Origin: a virus
Taxonomy: Duplodnaviria; Caudoviricetes
Length of the DNA stretch: 45,561 nucleotides
IMG/VR virus record: IMGVR_UViG_3300002101_000015
Location: 1-45,561 of that record
Strand: one strand, 5' to 3'
Part shown: positions 26,543 through 35,590 of the stretch, one piece after another
How the letters are laid out: the number at the start of each line of letters is the position of its first letter
How positions within the stretch are numbered: position 1 is the first letter of the stretch
Notes under the pieces: model-generated
What the model saw: the letters and a program-made list of their open reading frames with translations, nothing else
Database searches by the model: none
Told to the model about the DNA's origin: nothing
Translations under genes and position numbers: made by a program

Positions 26543-27178
26543 CTATTTCACCTCTGATTTGAAAAACATGGCTCTACCTAAAATCTTTATTTCCTTCATA
26601 TCTTTTTTGGAAAATATCATATCTGAATAATTATTGTTTTCAGGTCTCAATATTATATTCCCATCAACTTTATATACTCTCTTTAGTGTGGCCACTTCAT
26701 CATTTATTTGGACTGCAGCGATTTGTCCGTTTTCAATATCTGGTTGCCTGCGTATATAAACGATATCTCCATCAAATATTCTTGCATTTATCATGCTATC
26801 GCCTTTAACTTTTAAACAGAAGGTTATATCTTCATCAACATCTATGTATTCATAAGCACGAATATCCTCTTGAGCTAATATAGGAATACCAGCTGCAATT
26901 GCACCAAGCACAGGTATTTTTTTATATTCCGTTTCTTCACCATATTTATCATTTGATTTACCCATCATATAATTTATGTCTACCTTAAAAAATTCCGCAA
27001 AACTTTCAACTATATCAAAATGTTTAGGTTTGTTTATGTTTTGCTCATAACGTGAAATTGTAGATTTATTCATTAGTATATTCGGATAAATTAAATTTAT
27101 AGCAATAATGAATTCATCCATTGTCATTCCATGCTCTGTACGCAAGTCTTTCAGCCTATCTCCGAATGTCTGTCTCAT
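26543..27178 (-). CDS. CI-like repressor (HTH + S24 autopeptidase)
   Basis: HTH, IAAG cleavage site, KGDSM, TLKR; GGAGGG RBS supports start at 27178. Confidence 0.92.
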   Translation of the reverse strand: MRQTFGDRLKDLRTEHGMTMDEFIIAINLIYPNILMNKSTISRYEQNINKPKHFDIVESFAEFFKVDINYMMGKSNDKYGEETEYKKIPVLGAIAAGIPILAQEDIRAYEYIDVDEDITFCLKVKGDSMINARIFDGDIVYIRRQPDIENGQIAAVQINDEVATLKRVYKVDGNIILRPENNNYSDMIFSKKDMKEIKILGRAMFFKSEVK

Positions 27179-27226
27179 TTGCAGCCCTCCTTTATAATAT
27201 TCAATAATAATAGTATAACCAATAAA

Positions 27227-27327
27227 GTTACGCATATGCAACAAAAATTAAAATATAACCGAACAAAGTTGTTGACATGTTAATAAAATAAGAATATTAT
27301 AAATTTAATGAGTTGCACAACAGCAAC
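27227..27327. promoter_or_regulatory. Lysis/lysogeny switch: operators and early promoter
   Basis: GTTRC-N6-GCAAC at 27227 and 27312; TTGACA(27272)-17 bp-TATTAT. Confidence 0.75.
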
Positions 27328-27342
27328 AAAAGGAGGTAAAGC

Positions 27343-27600
27343 ATGAACAAGCGAAAAACCGAACTTAAGCATCTACCGCACTTTAAATTTAAAGGCTTTT
27401 TGATTGAAAATCACATTAGTCAAAGAAATGTGTCCAAGCTATTGAATCTTAGCCCAGTGACTGTTAATCAAAAAATAAACGGAAGATTGCACTTTAATTT
27501 CAGTGAAATCGAAGAAATGTGCAATGAGTATGATATTATGCCAGATATTTTTTTAACCAGAAAGTTGCACAAAAGCAACAATAATTCTCAAATTGAGTAA
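27343..27600 (+). CDS. Cro-like HTH protein
   Basis: Divergent from CI; ISQRNVSKLLNLSPVTVNQKING. Confidence 0.85.
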   Translation: MNKRKTELKHLPHFKFKGFLIENHISQRNVSKLLNLSPVTVNQKINGRLHFNFSEIEEMCNEYDIMPDIFLTRKLHKSNNNSQIE

Positions 27601-27645
27601 AAAGTACTCAGCATGAGGAAATAAATAAATAAAGGAGGACGAGCT

Positions 27646-28425
27646 ATGAATAATTTAAACATCATAAATCAAAATGGAGTTTTATTGACAGATAGTAGAG
27701 AAGTTGCAGGGATGGTGGACAAGCAGCACAAAGACTTAATAGAAAGCATAAGAGGGTATGTTCAGTATTTAATCGGCGGAGATTTCCGCGCATCTGATTT
27801 CTTTATTAAAAGCTCATATACGGATACTCAAAATAGAGAGCAACCTTGTTACTTACTAACTAAAAAAGGTTGCGATATGGTAGCAAATAAAATGACAGGT
27901 GAAAAAGGGATTTTATTCACTGCAACCTATGTTACAAAGTTTGAAGAAATGGAGCAAACATTAAAACCTTCAAAACCAACTTGCATTGAAGATGTTTTGA
28001 TTCAATCTCTTCAACAGATGAAGGATATGCGACAACAGTTAAATGAAGCAAATCAAAATGCTTTGCAAGCTAATGCTAAAGCAGAGGAAACTAAACAAGA
28101 GGTACAAGCCATTAGAGATGTTATAACAATAAATCCTAAAGCAGAATGGAGAAAACAAACCAATTACTTCATTACAAGTATATGTATGAAATTATCAGAC
28201 TTTGAAACTCCAAGAATAGAAATCTATAAGGCATTGGAACAGCGTGGAGCCTGCAATATGAAGCAGAGACTTAAGAATCTACAAGGAAGGGCATTGCTGA
28301 ATGGGATGTCTAAGAGCAAAGCTGATAGTCTCAATAATCTTGATGTACTTGAAAATGAACCAAGACTAAAAGAGATCTACATATCAATAGTTAAAGAAAT
28401 GGCCATTAAGCATAAGGTGGCTTAA
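27646..28425 (+). CDS. Rha-family regulator / antirepressor
   Basis: DSREVA..KQHK, YLLTKKGCDMVANKMTGEKG. Confidence 0.88.
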   Translation: MNNLNIINQNGVLLTDSREVAGMVDKQHKDLIESIRGYVQYLIGGDFRASDFFIKSSYTDTQNREQPCYLLTKKGCDMVANKMTGEKGILFTATYVTKFEEMEQTLKPSKPTCIEDVLIQSLQQMKDMRQQLNEANQNALQANAKAEETKQEVQAIRDVITINPKAEWRKQTNYFITSICMKLSDFETPRIEIYKALEQRGACNMKQRLKNLQGRALLNGMSKSKADSLNNLDVLENEPRLKEIYISIVKEMAIKHKVA

Positions 28426-28436
28426 AGGAGGAAGTG

Positions 28437-28532
28437 ATGAAAAAGTTAATTAAAGATGTATCAATAATGGCTATGTCAATTGTAGTCATAGCGGTGTGGT
28501 GGTTCTTTTGTCTACAATCAGTATTACCATAA
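28437..28532 (+). CDS. 31-aa membrane peptide
   Basis: AAGGAGG RBS; MKKLIKDVSIMAMSIVVIAVWWFFCLQSVLP. Confidence 0.6.
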   Translation: MKKLIKDVSIMAMSIVVIAVWWFFCLQSVLP

Positions 28533-28544
28533 AAGGAGGTAAAG

Positions 28545-28898
28545 ATGACAGACATTGAAAGGATCCAAGCTTTAGAAAAACAAGTACAAGAACTAAGGAC
28601 ACAAATAAGTAATAAAAGGCTATGTAATCATTGGTTAGTGTTAGGGGAAAAGGTTACTGTTGGATTATTGGAAGCTTTTAAGACTAAGCAAATGAATCCA
28701 CATATAGCACAATGTAAATCTTCTATAAGCTGTTTAGTTGGAAAGGCTTTTCACAAAAATAATGTAAATTCTTTGAGCATGGAAGAAGCTAAAGAAGCTG
28801 AATTACTTATAGACTATATCTTAACTTTTATGAAAGATACAAGAGAAAAATATGAATACAAAGACATGGTAAGTGGCTATGAAAGGAAAACAGAATAG
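28545..28898 (+). CDS. Hypothetical protein
   Basis: AAGGAGGT RBS. Confidence 0.7.
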   Translation: MTDIERIQALEKQVQELRTQISNKRLCNHWLVLGEKVTVGLLEAFKTKQMNPHIAQCKSSISCLVGKAFHKNNVNSLSMEEAKEAELLIDYILTFMKDTREKYEYKDMVSGYERKTE

Positions 28899-28908
28899 GA
28901 GGTACCAA

Positions 28909-29028
28909 GTGAGAAAAACAAAGCAGATATTCAAGACCTTTGAATATAAGAACTTCGTTAAGCAAAAGCCTATGGAATTCAAGAAGGGAGAGAAGAATGT
29001 CGAAATCAAAAACCAAAATGAGATTTGA
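28909..29028 (+). CDS. 39-aa basic hypothetical protein
   Basis: GGAGGT RBS with GTG start. Confidence 0.5.
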   Translation: MRKTKQIFKTFEYKNFVKQKPMEFKKGEKNVEIKNQNEI

Positions 29029-29125
29029 AACAATTAAAGCAAGAGACGGACAACTTAAAAAATTTGCACCTGGAAGTTACAAGATCGACAAGAAAGATCC
29101 ATTAGTAGTTTATTTAAATCTTTAG
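28997..29125 (+). CDS. 42-aa basic hypothetical protein
   Basis: GGGAG RBS with ATG (MSKSKTK..). Confidence 0.5.
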   Translation: MSKSKTKMRFETIKARDGQLKKFAPGSYKIDKKDPLVVYLNL

Positions 29126-29143
29126 AAAGAGAGGAGAAAGGAA

Positions 29144-30871
29144 ATGCAAATTAAATTAATCCGTATTAAGAACTTTTTAGGCATTGATGAATTGGAAATC
29201 GCACCAGGTAAAATTAATATAATCAGAGGGCCTAAAGGAGTAGGCAAAAGTACAATCCTCGAAGGCATTGAAAAGATATTCACCAATAAGGATAGGAGAA
29301 CAGAAACTATAAAACATGGGGAATCAGAAGCTACTTTGTTCCTTGAAACAGATAATGGCTTAGAAATAGATAGAAGATTGAGGGATGAAAAGGCAGATTA
29401 CTTTAAACTCAGAAAAGGTGATGAAGGAATATCTTCCACTGAAAAGTATCTTAAAGATTTCATCAATGGGAATATCTTCAGGCCAATAGACTGGGTAAAT
29501 ATGAAATCAGAGGAACAAACAAAGTCAATTTTAAATATGCTTCAGATAGATTGGTCAAAGGAAAATATCAAACAATGGTTTGGGGAAATACCTTCCAATG
29601 TTGAATTTAGCCAACATATACTCATGGTTTTGAAGGCTATAGAAGTTAAATATTATAAGGACAGAGAAGAAGTCAACAGGCGAATAAAAGAGCTTAAAAC
29701 CCAAATACAAGTTATTAAAAAGGATATGCCTGCTGATTATGATGGTGAGGTTTGGAGAGAAAAGAAGGTCCAGGAGTATTACAAATTAGTTTCTGATGCT
29801 GAAAAGGTTAATGGATATATCAAGGAGGCTGAAGCTCTTCAAGAAAACATTAAAAGTCAAATTGAGACCATAGAAGCTAATTCAGAAAGTGAAAAATCAA
29901 GAACACAAATGAAGTACAAAGACCAGAGACAGGACATTAAAGATATTGTAGATTTAAGCAATTCTAAGATTGAAAAAGCTGAAACCGAATTAGCAAGCAC
30001 TGATGATAAGCTAAAAAATGCCTTGATTGAATCCGAAAGTGATTACAATAAAGAATTTTATAATTTATCAGGATCCTTTGAAGCAACTAAGAAAAAATTA
30101 GAGGACGAATACAACCAAAAATTAAAAGATGTCTCAGTAAAGTTCATAGCGGATAAAGACAACCTTAATCAAAGAAAGCAAGAAAGCAAAGATTCTTTAA
30201 ATGCTTTAAGTGAATCTTTTAAAGAATCCGAAAAAGACAATATTATTCTTCAAAATAATAAAATATCAGCTAAAAACCAAGAACTTATTTCACTTGATGA
30301 AATAGAAACCCAAGCAATAAAAGCTGTAGAAGTTAAAAAGAATACTGAAATTGAAAAGGTTAAGTTAAGAGCTGGCAAAGCAGCTGAATTTCTAAAAACT
30401 ACCGAACAGATTGAGATTGAACCTCTGCAAAAGGATGCTGATGAAGTAGCTAATATGCAATCTTATTTAAGACAGTGGGACAACATGATTGACATTAGGG
30501 ATAACAAACTATCTGTAAAAGAAAGAGAAGCACAGGAACTTACAGCGAGAATTGATAAGGCAAGAACTCTTCCAAGTGAATTATTAAAGACAGCTCAGAT
30601 GCCGATAGATGGAATTTCAGTTGATGAAAAGGGCTTGATCAGAATTAATAATACTTTGATTGATGGTTTATCTTCAGGAGAAAAATTAGAGCTTGCATTT
30701 AAAATAGCTAAGGCACAGGCAGGAGATTTAAAAGTCATTTGTATTGATAAGTTTGAAAGCTTGAAGTCAGAAGAAAAACAGATCCTTGAAAATGCAATGG
30801 ATGATGATTTCCAATATTTTATCACAGAGCATACAGCAACAGAAGAATTAGAAATAGAAAAAATAGGTTAG
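29144..30871 (+). CDS. SMC/Rad50-like coiled-coil ABC ATPase
   Basis: GPKGVGKS, long coiled coil, LSSGE signature, CIDKFE. Confidence 0.85.
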   Translation: MQIKLIRIKNFLGIDELEIAPGKINIIRGPKGVGKSTILEGIEKIFTNKDRRTETIKHGESEATLFLETDNGLEIDRRLRDEKADYFKLRKGDEGISSTEKYLKDFINGNIFRPIDWVNMKSEEQTKSILNMLQIDWSKENIKQWFGEIPSNVEFSQHILMVLKAIEVKYYKDREEVNRRIKELKTQIQVIKKDMPADYDGEVWREKKVQEYYKLVSDAEKVNGYIKEAEALQENIKSQIETIEANSESEKSRTQMKYKDQRQDIKDIVDLSNSKIEKAETELASTDDKLKNALIESESDYNKEFYNLSGSFEATKKKLEDEYNQKLKDVSVKFIADKDNLNQRKQESKDSLNALSESFKESEKDNIILQNNKISAKNQELISLDEIETQAIKAVEVKKNTEIEKVKLRAGKAAEFLKTTEQIEIEPLQKDADEVANMQSYLRQWDNMIDIRDNKLSVKEREAQELTARIDKARTLPSELLKTAQMPIDGISVDEKGLIRINNTLIDGLSSGEKLELAFKIAKAQAGDLKVICIDKFESLKSEEKQILENAMDDDFQYFITEHTATEELEIEKIG

Positions 30872-30883
30872 GAGGAATAAACA

Positions 30884-31780
30884 ATGGCAGATTTAGCAAT
30901 ACAAAACAAAACAGCAATATCAAATGTTAAAAGTTTACTTGCAAATGTCGGTTATAAAAAAAGGTTTGAGGAAATCTTGGGTAAGAAAGCAGCAGGGTTT
31001 ATGAGCTCAATTGTTAATCTTACAAATTCAGAGACTAAGCTGACAAAATGTGATGCAAATAGTGTTATAGCTTCAGCTGTAGTGGCAGCAACCTTAGATT
31101 TACCTATAGATAAAAATTTAGGATTTGCCTGGATTATACCTTATGGAGATAAAGCACAATTCCAAATGGGATACAAAGGTTTCATTCAATTAGCAATGAG
31201 AACAGGTCAGTATAAAACTATTAATGCAACGGAGGTTTACGAGGGTGATATCAAACACATAAATAGACTCTCAGGTGAAATTGAGTTTGACGAGAACAAT
31301 ACTAAGCAAGATAAAATAGTTGGTTATATAGCTTATTTTAAGCTGCTAAATGGCTTTGAAAAACCTTTATATATGACAGCTGAACAAATGGAAAAGCACG
31401 CTAAGAAGTATAGCCAAACCTATAAAAGCAAATACCAGAATACAGTTGATAGCAGCAAGTGGAGTACAGACTTTGATAGCATGGCGATTAAAACAGTTTT
31501 AAAGCTCCTTTTAAGTAAGTATGGGATCTTAAGTATAGAAATGCAGACAGCTATCCAAGCAGACCAAGGAGTTATCAAAAATGATGTGGCAGAGGGAGCA
31601 GAGATAAATAGCGAAAGTATTGAATATGTAGATAATGCGAATGATGCCGACTTTGAAGAAGTTAGCAAAGAACCAGTATCAACCAAGCTTGATGATAAAT
31701 TCAATAAAAAAGTTGAGGTAAATGGACTATCAGAAGAAGAAAAGGCAGAAATCAAAAGATCAGAAAGTGAGGTTAAATAA
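30884..31780 (+). CDS. recT: RecT-family single-strand annealing protein
   Basis: LGFAWIIPY..AQFQMGYKGFIQLAMRTGQY, MAIKTV. Confidence 0.92.
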   Translation: MADLAIQNKTAISNVKSLLANVGYKKRFEEILGKKAAGFMSSIVNLTNSETKLTKCDANSVIASAVVAATLDLPIDKNLGFAWIIPYGDKAQFQMGYKGFIQLAMRTGQYKTINATEVYEGDIKHINRLSGEIEFDENNTKQDKIVGYIAYFKLLNGFEKPLYMTAEQMEKHAKKYSQTYKSKYQNTVDSSKWSTDFDSMAIKTVLKLLLSKYGILSIEMQTAIQADQGVIKNDVAEGAEINSESIEYVDNANDADFEEVSKEPVSTKLDDKFNKKVEVNGLSEEEKAEIKRSESEVK

Positions 31781-32578
31781 ATGGAGGAACTTTTAAAACT
31801 CACTGATGATAATTATTTCAGCATAGAGAATGAAAATAAGTATATGGGAGTAAGTCAATTCAAATCATTTAGAAAATGTGAAGCTAAGAAAATGGCAGAG
31901 CTTAAAGGACTCTGGAGAGATGAAACAAGTACAGCATTACTCGTGGGAAGTTACTTTCATGCACACTTTGAAGGTGCGTTAGGGAAATTCAAGGGAGAAC
32001 ATCCAGAGATTTTTACTAAACAAGGTACTTTGAAATCTGAATATAAAAAAGCTGATGAAATGATTAATTGTTTAGATACTGATGAAAGTTTCAAACAAAT
32101 TTACAGTGGGGATAGAGAAAAGATATTCACAGGTGAATTGTTTGGTACTCCTTGGAAAATAAAAGTTGATATTCTGAATACTAAGGAAAGTTATTTTATA
32201 GATTTAAAAACTACCAGAGATTTTGAAAAGCAGTGGATTGAAGCTGATGGGAAAAATATAAAAGTTAGCTTTGTTGAAGCTTGGGGCTATTTTATACAAG
32301 TAGCAGTATATAGAGAAATTGTTGCAATGAATATAGGAATAGCATCAAAAGAACTGGAGGCTTTCATTATTGCAGCTACAAAACAAGATCCTCCTGATAA
32401 AACAGTTTTACGATTTGAGGAAGAAGATTATCAAAATGGATTAAGAGAAGTTGAAATATATCTACCTCATATCTTAGAAGTTAAAAACGGTATTGTACCT
32501 CCTGTTAGATGTGGCAAATGTGCTTATTGTAGATCAACAAAGAAGCTTGATAAAGCAATACATTATACGGAGTTATAG
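31781..32578 (+). CDS. PD-(D/E)XK exonuclease (RecE/DUF3799-like)
   Basis: KIKVD..IDLKT, QVAVY, C-terminal CGKCAYC; adjacent to recT. Confidence 0.82.
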   Translation: MEELLKLTDDNYFSIENENKYMGVSQFKSFRKCEAKKMAELKGLWRDETSTALLVGSYFHAHFEGALGKFKGEHPEIFTKQGTLKSEYKKADEMINCLDTDESFKQIYSGDREKIFTGELFGTPWKIKVDILNTKESYFIDLKTTRDFEKQWIEADGKNIKVSFVEAWGYFIQVAVYREIVAMNIGIASKELEAFIIAATKQDPPDKTVLRFEEEDYQNGLREVEIYLPHILEVKNGIVPPVRCGKCAYCRSTKKLDKAIHYTEL

Positions 32579-32580
32579 CC

Positions 32581-32760
32581 ATGGACGATTTAGAACTTCA
32601 AAAACAGGAATTACGATTTCAGCTTGCAGATGAGCTCTTACACGGAGAATATACAAGAGATTATTACAAAAAAGCCTTTGAGGATACCTTAGATAGTTTG
32701 AACAGTCAAACAACATTAATTCCATGGTCCGCACAGGAAATCATAGATCGGGAGGGTTAA
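32581..32760 (+). CDS. 59-aa hypothetical protein
   Basis: Fills the gap after the exonuclease; GGAG RBS. Confidence 0.55.
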   Translation: MDDLELQKQELRFQLADELLHGEYTRDYYKKAFEDTLDSLNSQTTLIPWSAQEIIDREG

Positions 32761-32762
32761 TA

Positions 32763-32927
32763 ATGGGATACGTGACAACCTCAAAAGCAACAGTAAAAGC
32801 CTTAATCCTATCAGATTTCCCAACTTACTATAATAAAAGTGAGGTGCTGCAGAAAGCGATAATCGGTCTATTTTCTACAGATTTAGAAATAATGTTTATG
32901 TTTATGAAAGAAAGTGAGGTGAAATAA
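32763..32927 (+). CDS. Hypothetical protein
   Basis: GGAGGG RBS supports ATG at 32763. Confidence 0.55.
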   Translation: MGYVTTSKATVKALILSDFPTYYNKSEVLQKAIIGLFSTDLEIMFMFMKESEVK

Positions 32928-33188
32928 ATGCAACAGACAAAAATAACTTGTGATTTATGTAAGAAAGAAGTCGTAGCAAATAGTTTATATAACACAGATT
33001 TTAAAAGAGTTACTTTAGAGTTTGGATATTCAAATAAAAGACAATATGATTTATGCCCCGATTGCTTAAAGAAGCATGGGTTGACTACTGAAAAAGGCGA
33101 AGAACCGTCTGTAAGCAACCCAACTACTGCTGATAAACTCTATGAAATTATAGCAGAAATAGTAGCTGAAAATATTCCAGAACAATAA
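32928..33188 (+). CDS. Zn-finger hypothetical protein
   Basis: CDLC...DLCPDC. Confidence 0.7.
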   Translation: MQQTKITCDLCKKEVVANSLYNTDFKRVTLEFGYSNKRQYDLCPDCLKKHGLTTEKGEEPSVSNPTTADKLYEIIAEIVAENIPEQ

Positions 33189-33269
33189 AAAGCATCCTCA
33201 CCAAAGGATGCTATAGGGGATAGGTTAATCTCTTTCCCCTAATATATCACATTAGGAATTTCAATTCAA
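33187..33269 (-). ncRNA. Candidate antisense sRNA unit upstream of the replication gene
   Basis: - strand TTGAAT-17 bp-TATATT, hairpins at 33214-33241 and 33191-33212, U tract. Confidence 0.45.
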
Positions 33270-33290
33270 CTCTAAAGAAGGTGATAAAGA

Positions 33291-34262
33291 TTGTATACCA
33301 AAATCGACGAACTGATTTGGAAAGATGAAAAGTTTCCAAAGCTTTCAGACGATACAAAATTACTGTTTTTCTACATCTTAACTAATCCACACAGAAACAT
33401 ATTAGGATGCTATTTTCTCCCATTACCCTATGCAATTTTTGACATTGGATGGGATTTGAAACGGTTAGACAAAGGGTTACAGGAACTGTTACGAAAGGGT
33501 TTCATTAACCATGATTTAGGGGCAAATATACTACTGATTAAGAACTATTTAAAGTACAACCCCTTAGAGAACCCAAATCAAGTTAAAGCAGCAATAAAAG
33601 CATTAACAGAGATTCCTCCGAATGGCATGGATAGTGACTTACACGAGATAATTAAAGGGTTAGACAAACCCTTACTTAAACCCTTAGTGGAAGGGTTAGC
33701 CAAACGGTTACCTAAACCAGTAACAGTAACAGTAACAGTAGCAGTAACAGAAGATATAACAGTACCGATTGAATCGGAGGATAAAACTGAAGAATCTAAT
33801 GTAATTAATGATGAAGCAAAAGATGAAATCATAGAAGAAGTCGTAGAAGAAAAATCTGTCTATGAAAGAGTAATTACTTATCTAAATGCAAAGCTTGGTA
33901 CAAATTATAGGTTCACAACTAAAAAGACTCAAGAATCTATAAATGCAAGACTTAATGAAAACTTTACTGCAGATGATTTTAAAACTGTAATAGATAAAAA
34001 GACCAAGGAATGGAAAGGTTCGGACATGGAACAGTACTTAAGACCTGAAACTCTCTTCGGGACAAAGTTTGAATCCTATTTAAATCAAAAGATAGTTATT
34101 GGCAAAAAAGATACCTTCAATGCCGGAGCAAATGAACGAGGTCCAGAGTACTATATGCAACTAAATGCTGAACGAGAGATACTTCAAAAGGAGAAAGAGG
34201 ATAAGGAGGGAACAACCACAGGGGATGAAATACTAAAAGCAATTAAAAAGGGGAGAAGATAG
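33291..34262 (+). CDS. Replication initiator (replisome organizer)
   Basis: N-terminal IWKD..KLLFFYILTNPH; C-terminal YLRPETLFGTKFESYLNQ domain. Confidence 0.85.
   Translation: MYTKIDELIWKDEKFPKLSDDTKLLFFYILTNPHRNILGCYFLPLPYAIFDIGWDLKRLDKGLQELLRKGFINHDLGANILLIKNYLKYNPLENPNQVKAAIKALTEIPPNGMDSDLHEIIKGLDKPLLKPLVEGLAKRLPKPVTVTVTVAVTEDITVPIESEDKTEESNVINDEAKDEIIEEVVEEKSVYERVITYLNAKLGTNYRFTTKKTQESINARLNENFTADDFKTVIDKKTKEWKGSDMEQYLRPETLFGTKFESYLNQKIVIGKKDTFNAGANERGPEYYMQLNAEREILQKEKEDKEGTTTGDEILKAIKKGRR
33459..33750. repeat. 12-bp iteron-like repeats (probable origin)
   Basis: RAASSSTTA-type 12-bp period at 33459-33503 and 33654-33725, followed by (CAGTAA)n. Confidence 0.7.
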
Positions 34263-34379
34263 ATGGTCGAAAAGCTAAGAGAAGAGTTACACAAATTAAT
34301 AGATCAATATGGCATTCAGGACAAAAGAGTTTTAAAGAAAAGCCAAGAGCTGGATATGGCAATAAATGAAGGTGGTTAA
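34263..34379 (+). CDS. Spo0E-like aspartyl-phosphate phosphatase (38 aa, not in ORF track)
   Basis: MVEKLREELHKLIDQYGIQDKRVLKKSQELDMAINEGG contains the SQELD signature; GGGGAG RBS. Confidence 0.85.
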   Translation: MVEKLREELHKLIDQYGIQDKRVLKKSQELDMAINEGG

Positions 34380-34574
34380 ATGCGCTGCTTAGTTTGCAAT
34401 AGAACCTTGAAAGATAAGGAAAGTATAGCAAGGAAGATAGGTCCAACCTGTTTCAGTAGATTAATGAAATTTAATAAAGAAGAAAAGTTGAAAAAGAAAC
34501 ATAGACTTGAGCTGAAAAAGTTAGCAAAAGGAGATATTCCAGGACAATTAAATCTATTTGAGAAATTAATTTAG
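34380..34574 (+). CDS. Zn-finger protein (DUF6011-like)
   Basis: CLVCNRTLKDKESIARKIGPTC. Confidence 0.75.
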   Translation: MRCLVCNRTLKDKESIARKIGPTCFSRLMKFNKEEKLKKKHRLELKKLAKGDIPGQLNLFEKLI

Positions 34575-34598
34575 TTCGCAATTGCTAACTATGGCGAA
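34575..34598. repeat. Quasi-palindromic site C (TTCGCAAT-TGCTAACT-ATGGCGAA)
   Basis: Immediately after a stop codon; 7/8 arm symmetry. Confidence 0.68.
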
Positions 34599-34618
34599 AC
34601 AAAATAAGAGGTGGGAAA

Positions 34619-35575
34619 GTGGAAGTTAATGAATTGAAGATGCTCCAAGCCTTGCCTTTAGATGTGAAGATAATGAAGTCACAACAAAGGATTCGTGAAT
34701 GGTATGAGTTCTTTGGTAAAAAAGTTTATGTAAGTTTTTCAGGAGGCAAGGACAGCACAGTTTTATTACATTTAGTCAGACAAATGTATCCAGAGGTTGT
34801 TGCTGTATATTCAGACACTGGGTTAGAATTTCCAGAGATAAGAAGTTTTGTGAAAGAAACTGAAAATGTTATTTGGTTAAAACCTAAAATTGGGTTTAAA
34901 CAAGTAATTGAAAAGTATGGTTATCCGGTAATAAGCAAAGAACAAAGCCAGTATATCCAAGAGGTTAGAAATTGTAAATCCAAGCAAGGTGTTAATTATA
35001 ACAACCGATTAAATGGAAATAAGTGGGGTAGAGGTAAAATAACAGATAACTGGAAGTTCATGTTAGAATCACCTTTTAAAATATCTAATATGTGCTGTGA
35101 AATAAGCAAAAAAAAACCCATGAAAGCCTATGAAAAAGAAACAAATAATAACCCCATATTAGGCACTATGGCAGAGGAAAGCCAAATGAGAACAAAAGTT
35201 TATTTACAACAAGGTTGCAATGCCTTTGAGAATAAAAGACCAATTTCACAACCCTTAAGCTTTTGGAAAGAACAGGACATATGGGATTATATAAAACTCC
35301 ATAACTTACCTTATTCTAAAATTTACGACATGGGATATAAACGCACTGGTTGTATGTTTTGTATGTATGGTGTTCACCTGGAAAAAGGAGAAAATAGATT
35401 TCAAAGAATGCAGATAACTCATCCGAAGCAATGGGATTATTGCATGAGGGATGAAGTAAAAGGTGGTTTAGGTATGGCAAAGGTACTTGACTATATAAAT
35501 GTACCTTACATGAATAATATTGAAAATAAAAAGACACCTGAGGGAATTAAATATCAACAATTTAAAATAGTTTAG
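34619..35575 (+). CDS. PAPS reductase-family (PP-loop) protein
   Basis: SFSGGKDS, DTGLEFPE, CC..KK and RTGCMFC motifs. Confidence 0.88.
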   Translation: MEVNELKMLQALPLDVKIMKSQQRIREWYEFFGKKVYVSFSGGKDSTVLLHLVRQMYPEVVAVYSDTGLEFPEIRSFVKETENVIWLKPKIGFKQVIEKYGYPVISKEQSQYIQEVRNCKSKQGVNYNNRLNGNKWGRGKITDNWKFMLESPFKISNMCCEISKKKPMKAYEKETNNNPILGTMAEESQMRTKVYLQQGCNAFENKRPISQPLSFWKEQDIWDYIKLHNLPYSKIYDMGYKRTGCMFCMYGVHLEKGENRFQRMQITHPKQWDYCMRDEVKGGLGMAKVLDYINVPYMNNIENKKTPEGIKYQQFKIV

Positions 35576-35590
35576 TGAGAGGGTGAGGGA

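Noticed and set aside
28998-29004. TGTCGAA Spo0A boxes in coding regions (also near 37223)
   Set aside because: 7-mers expected by chance and not in promoter context
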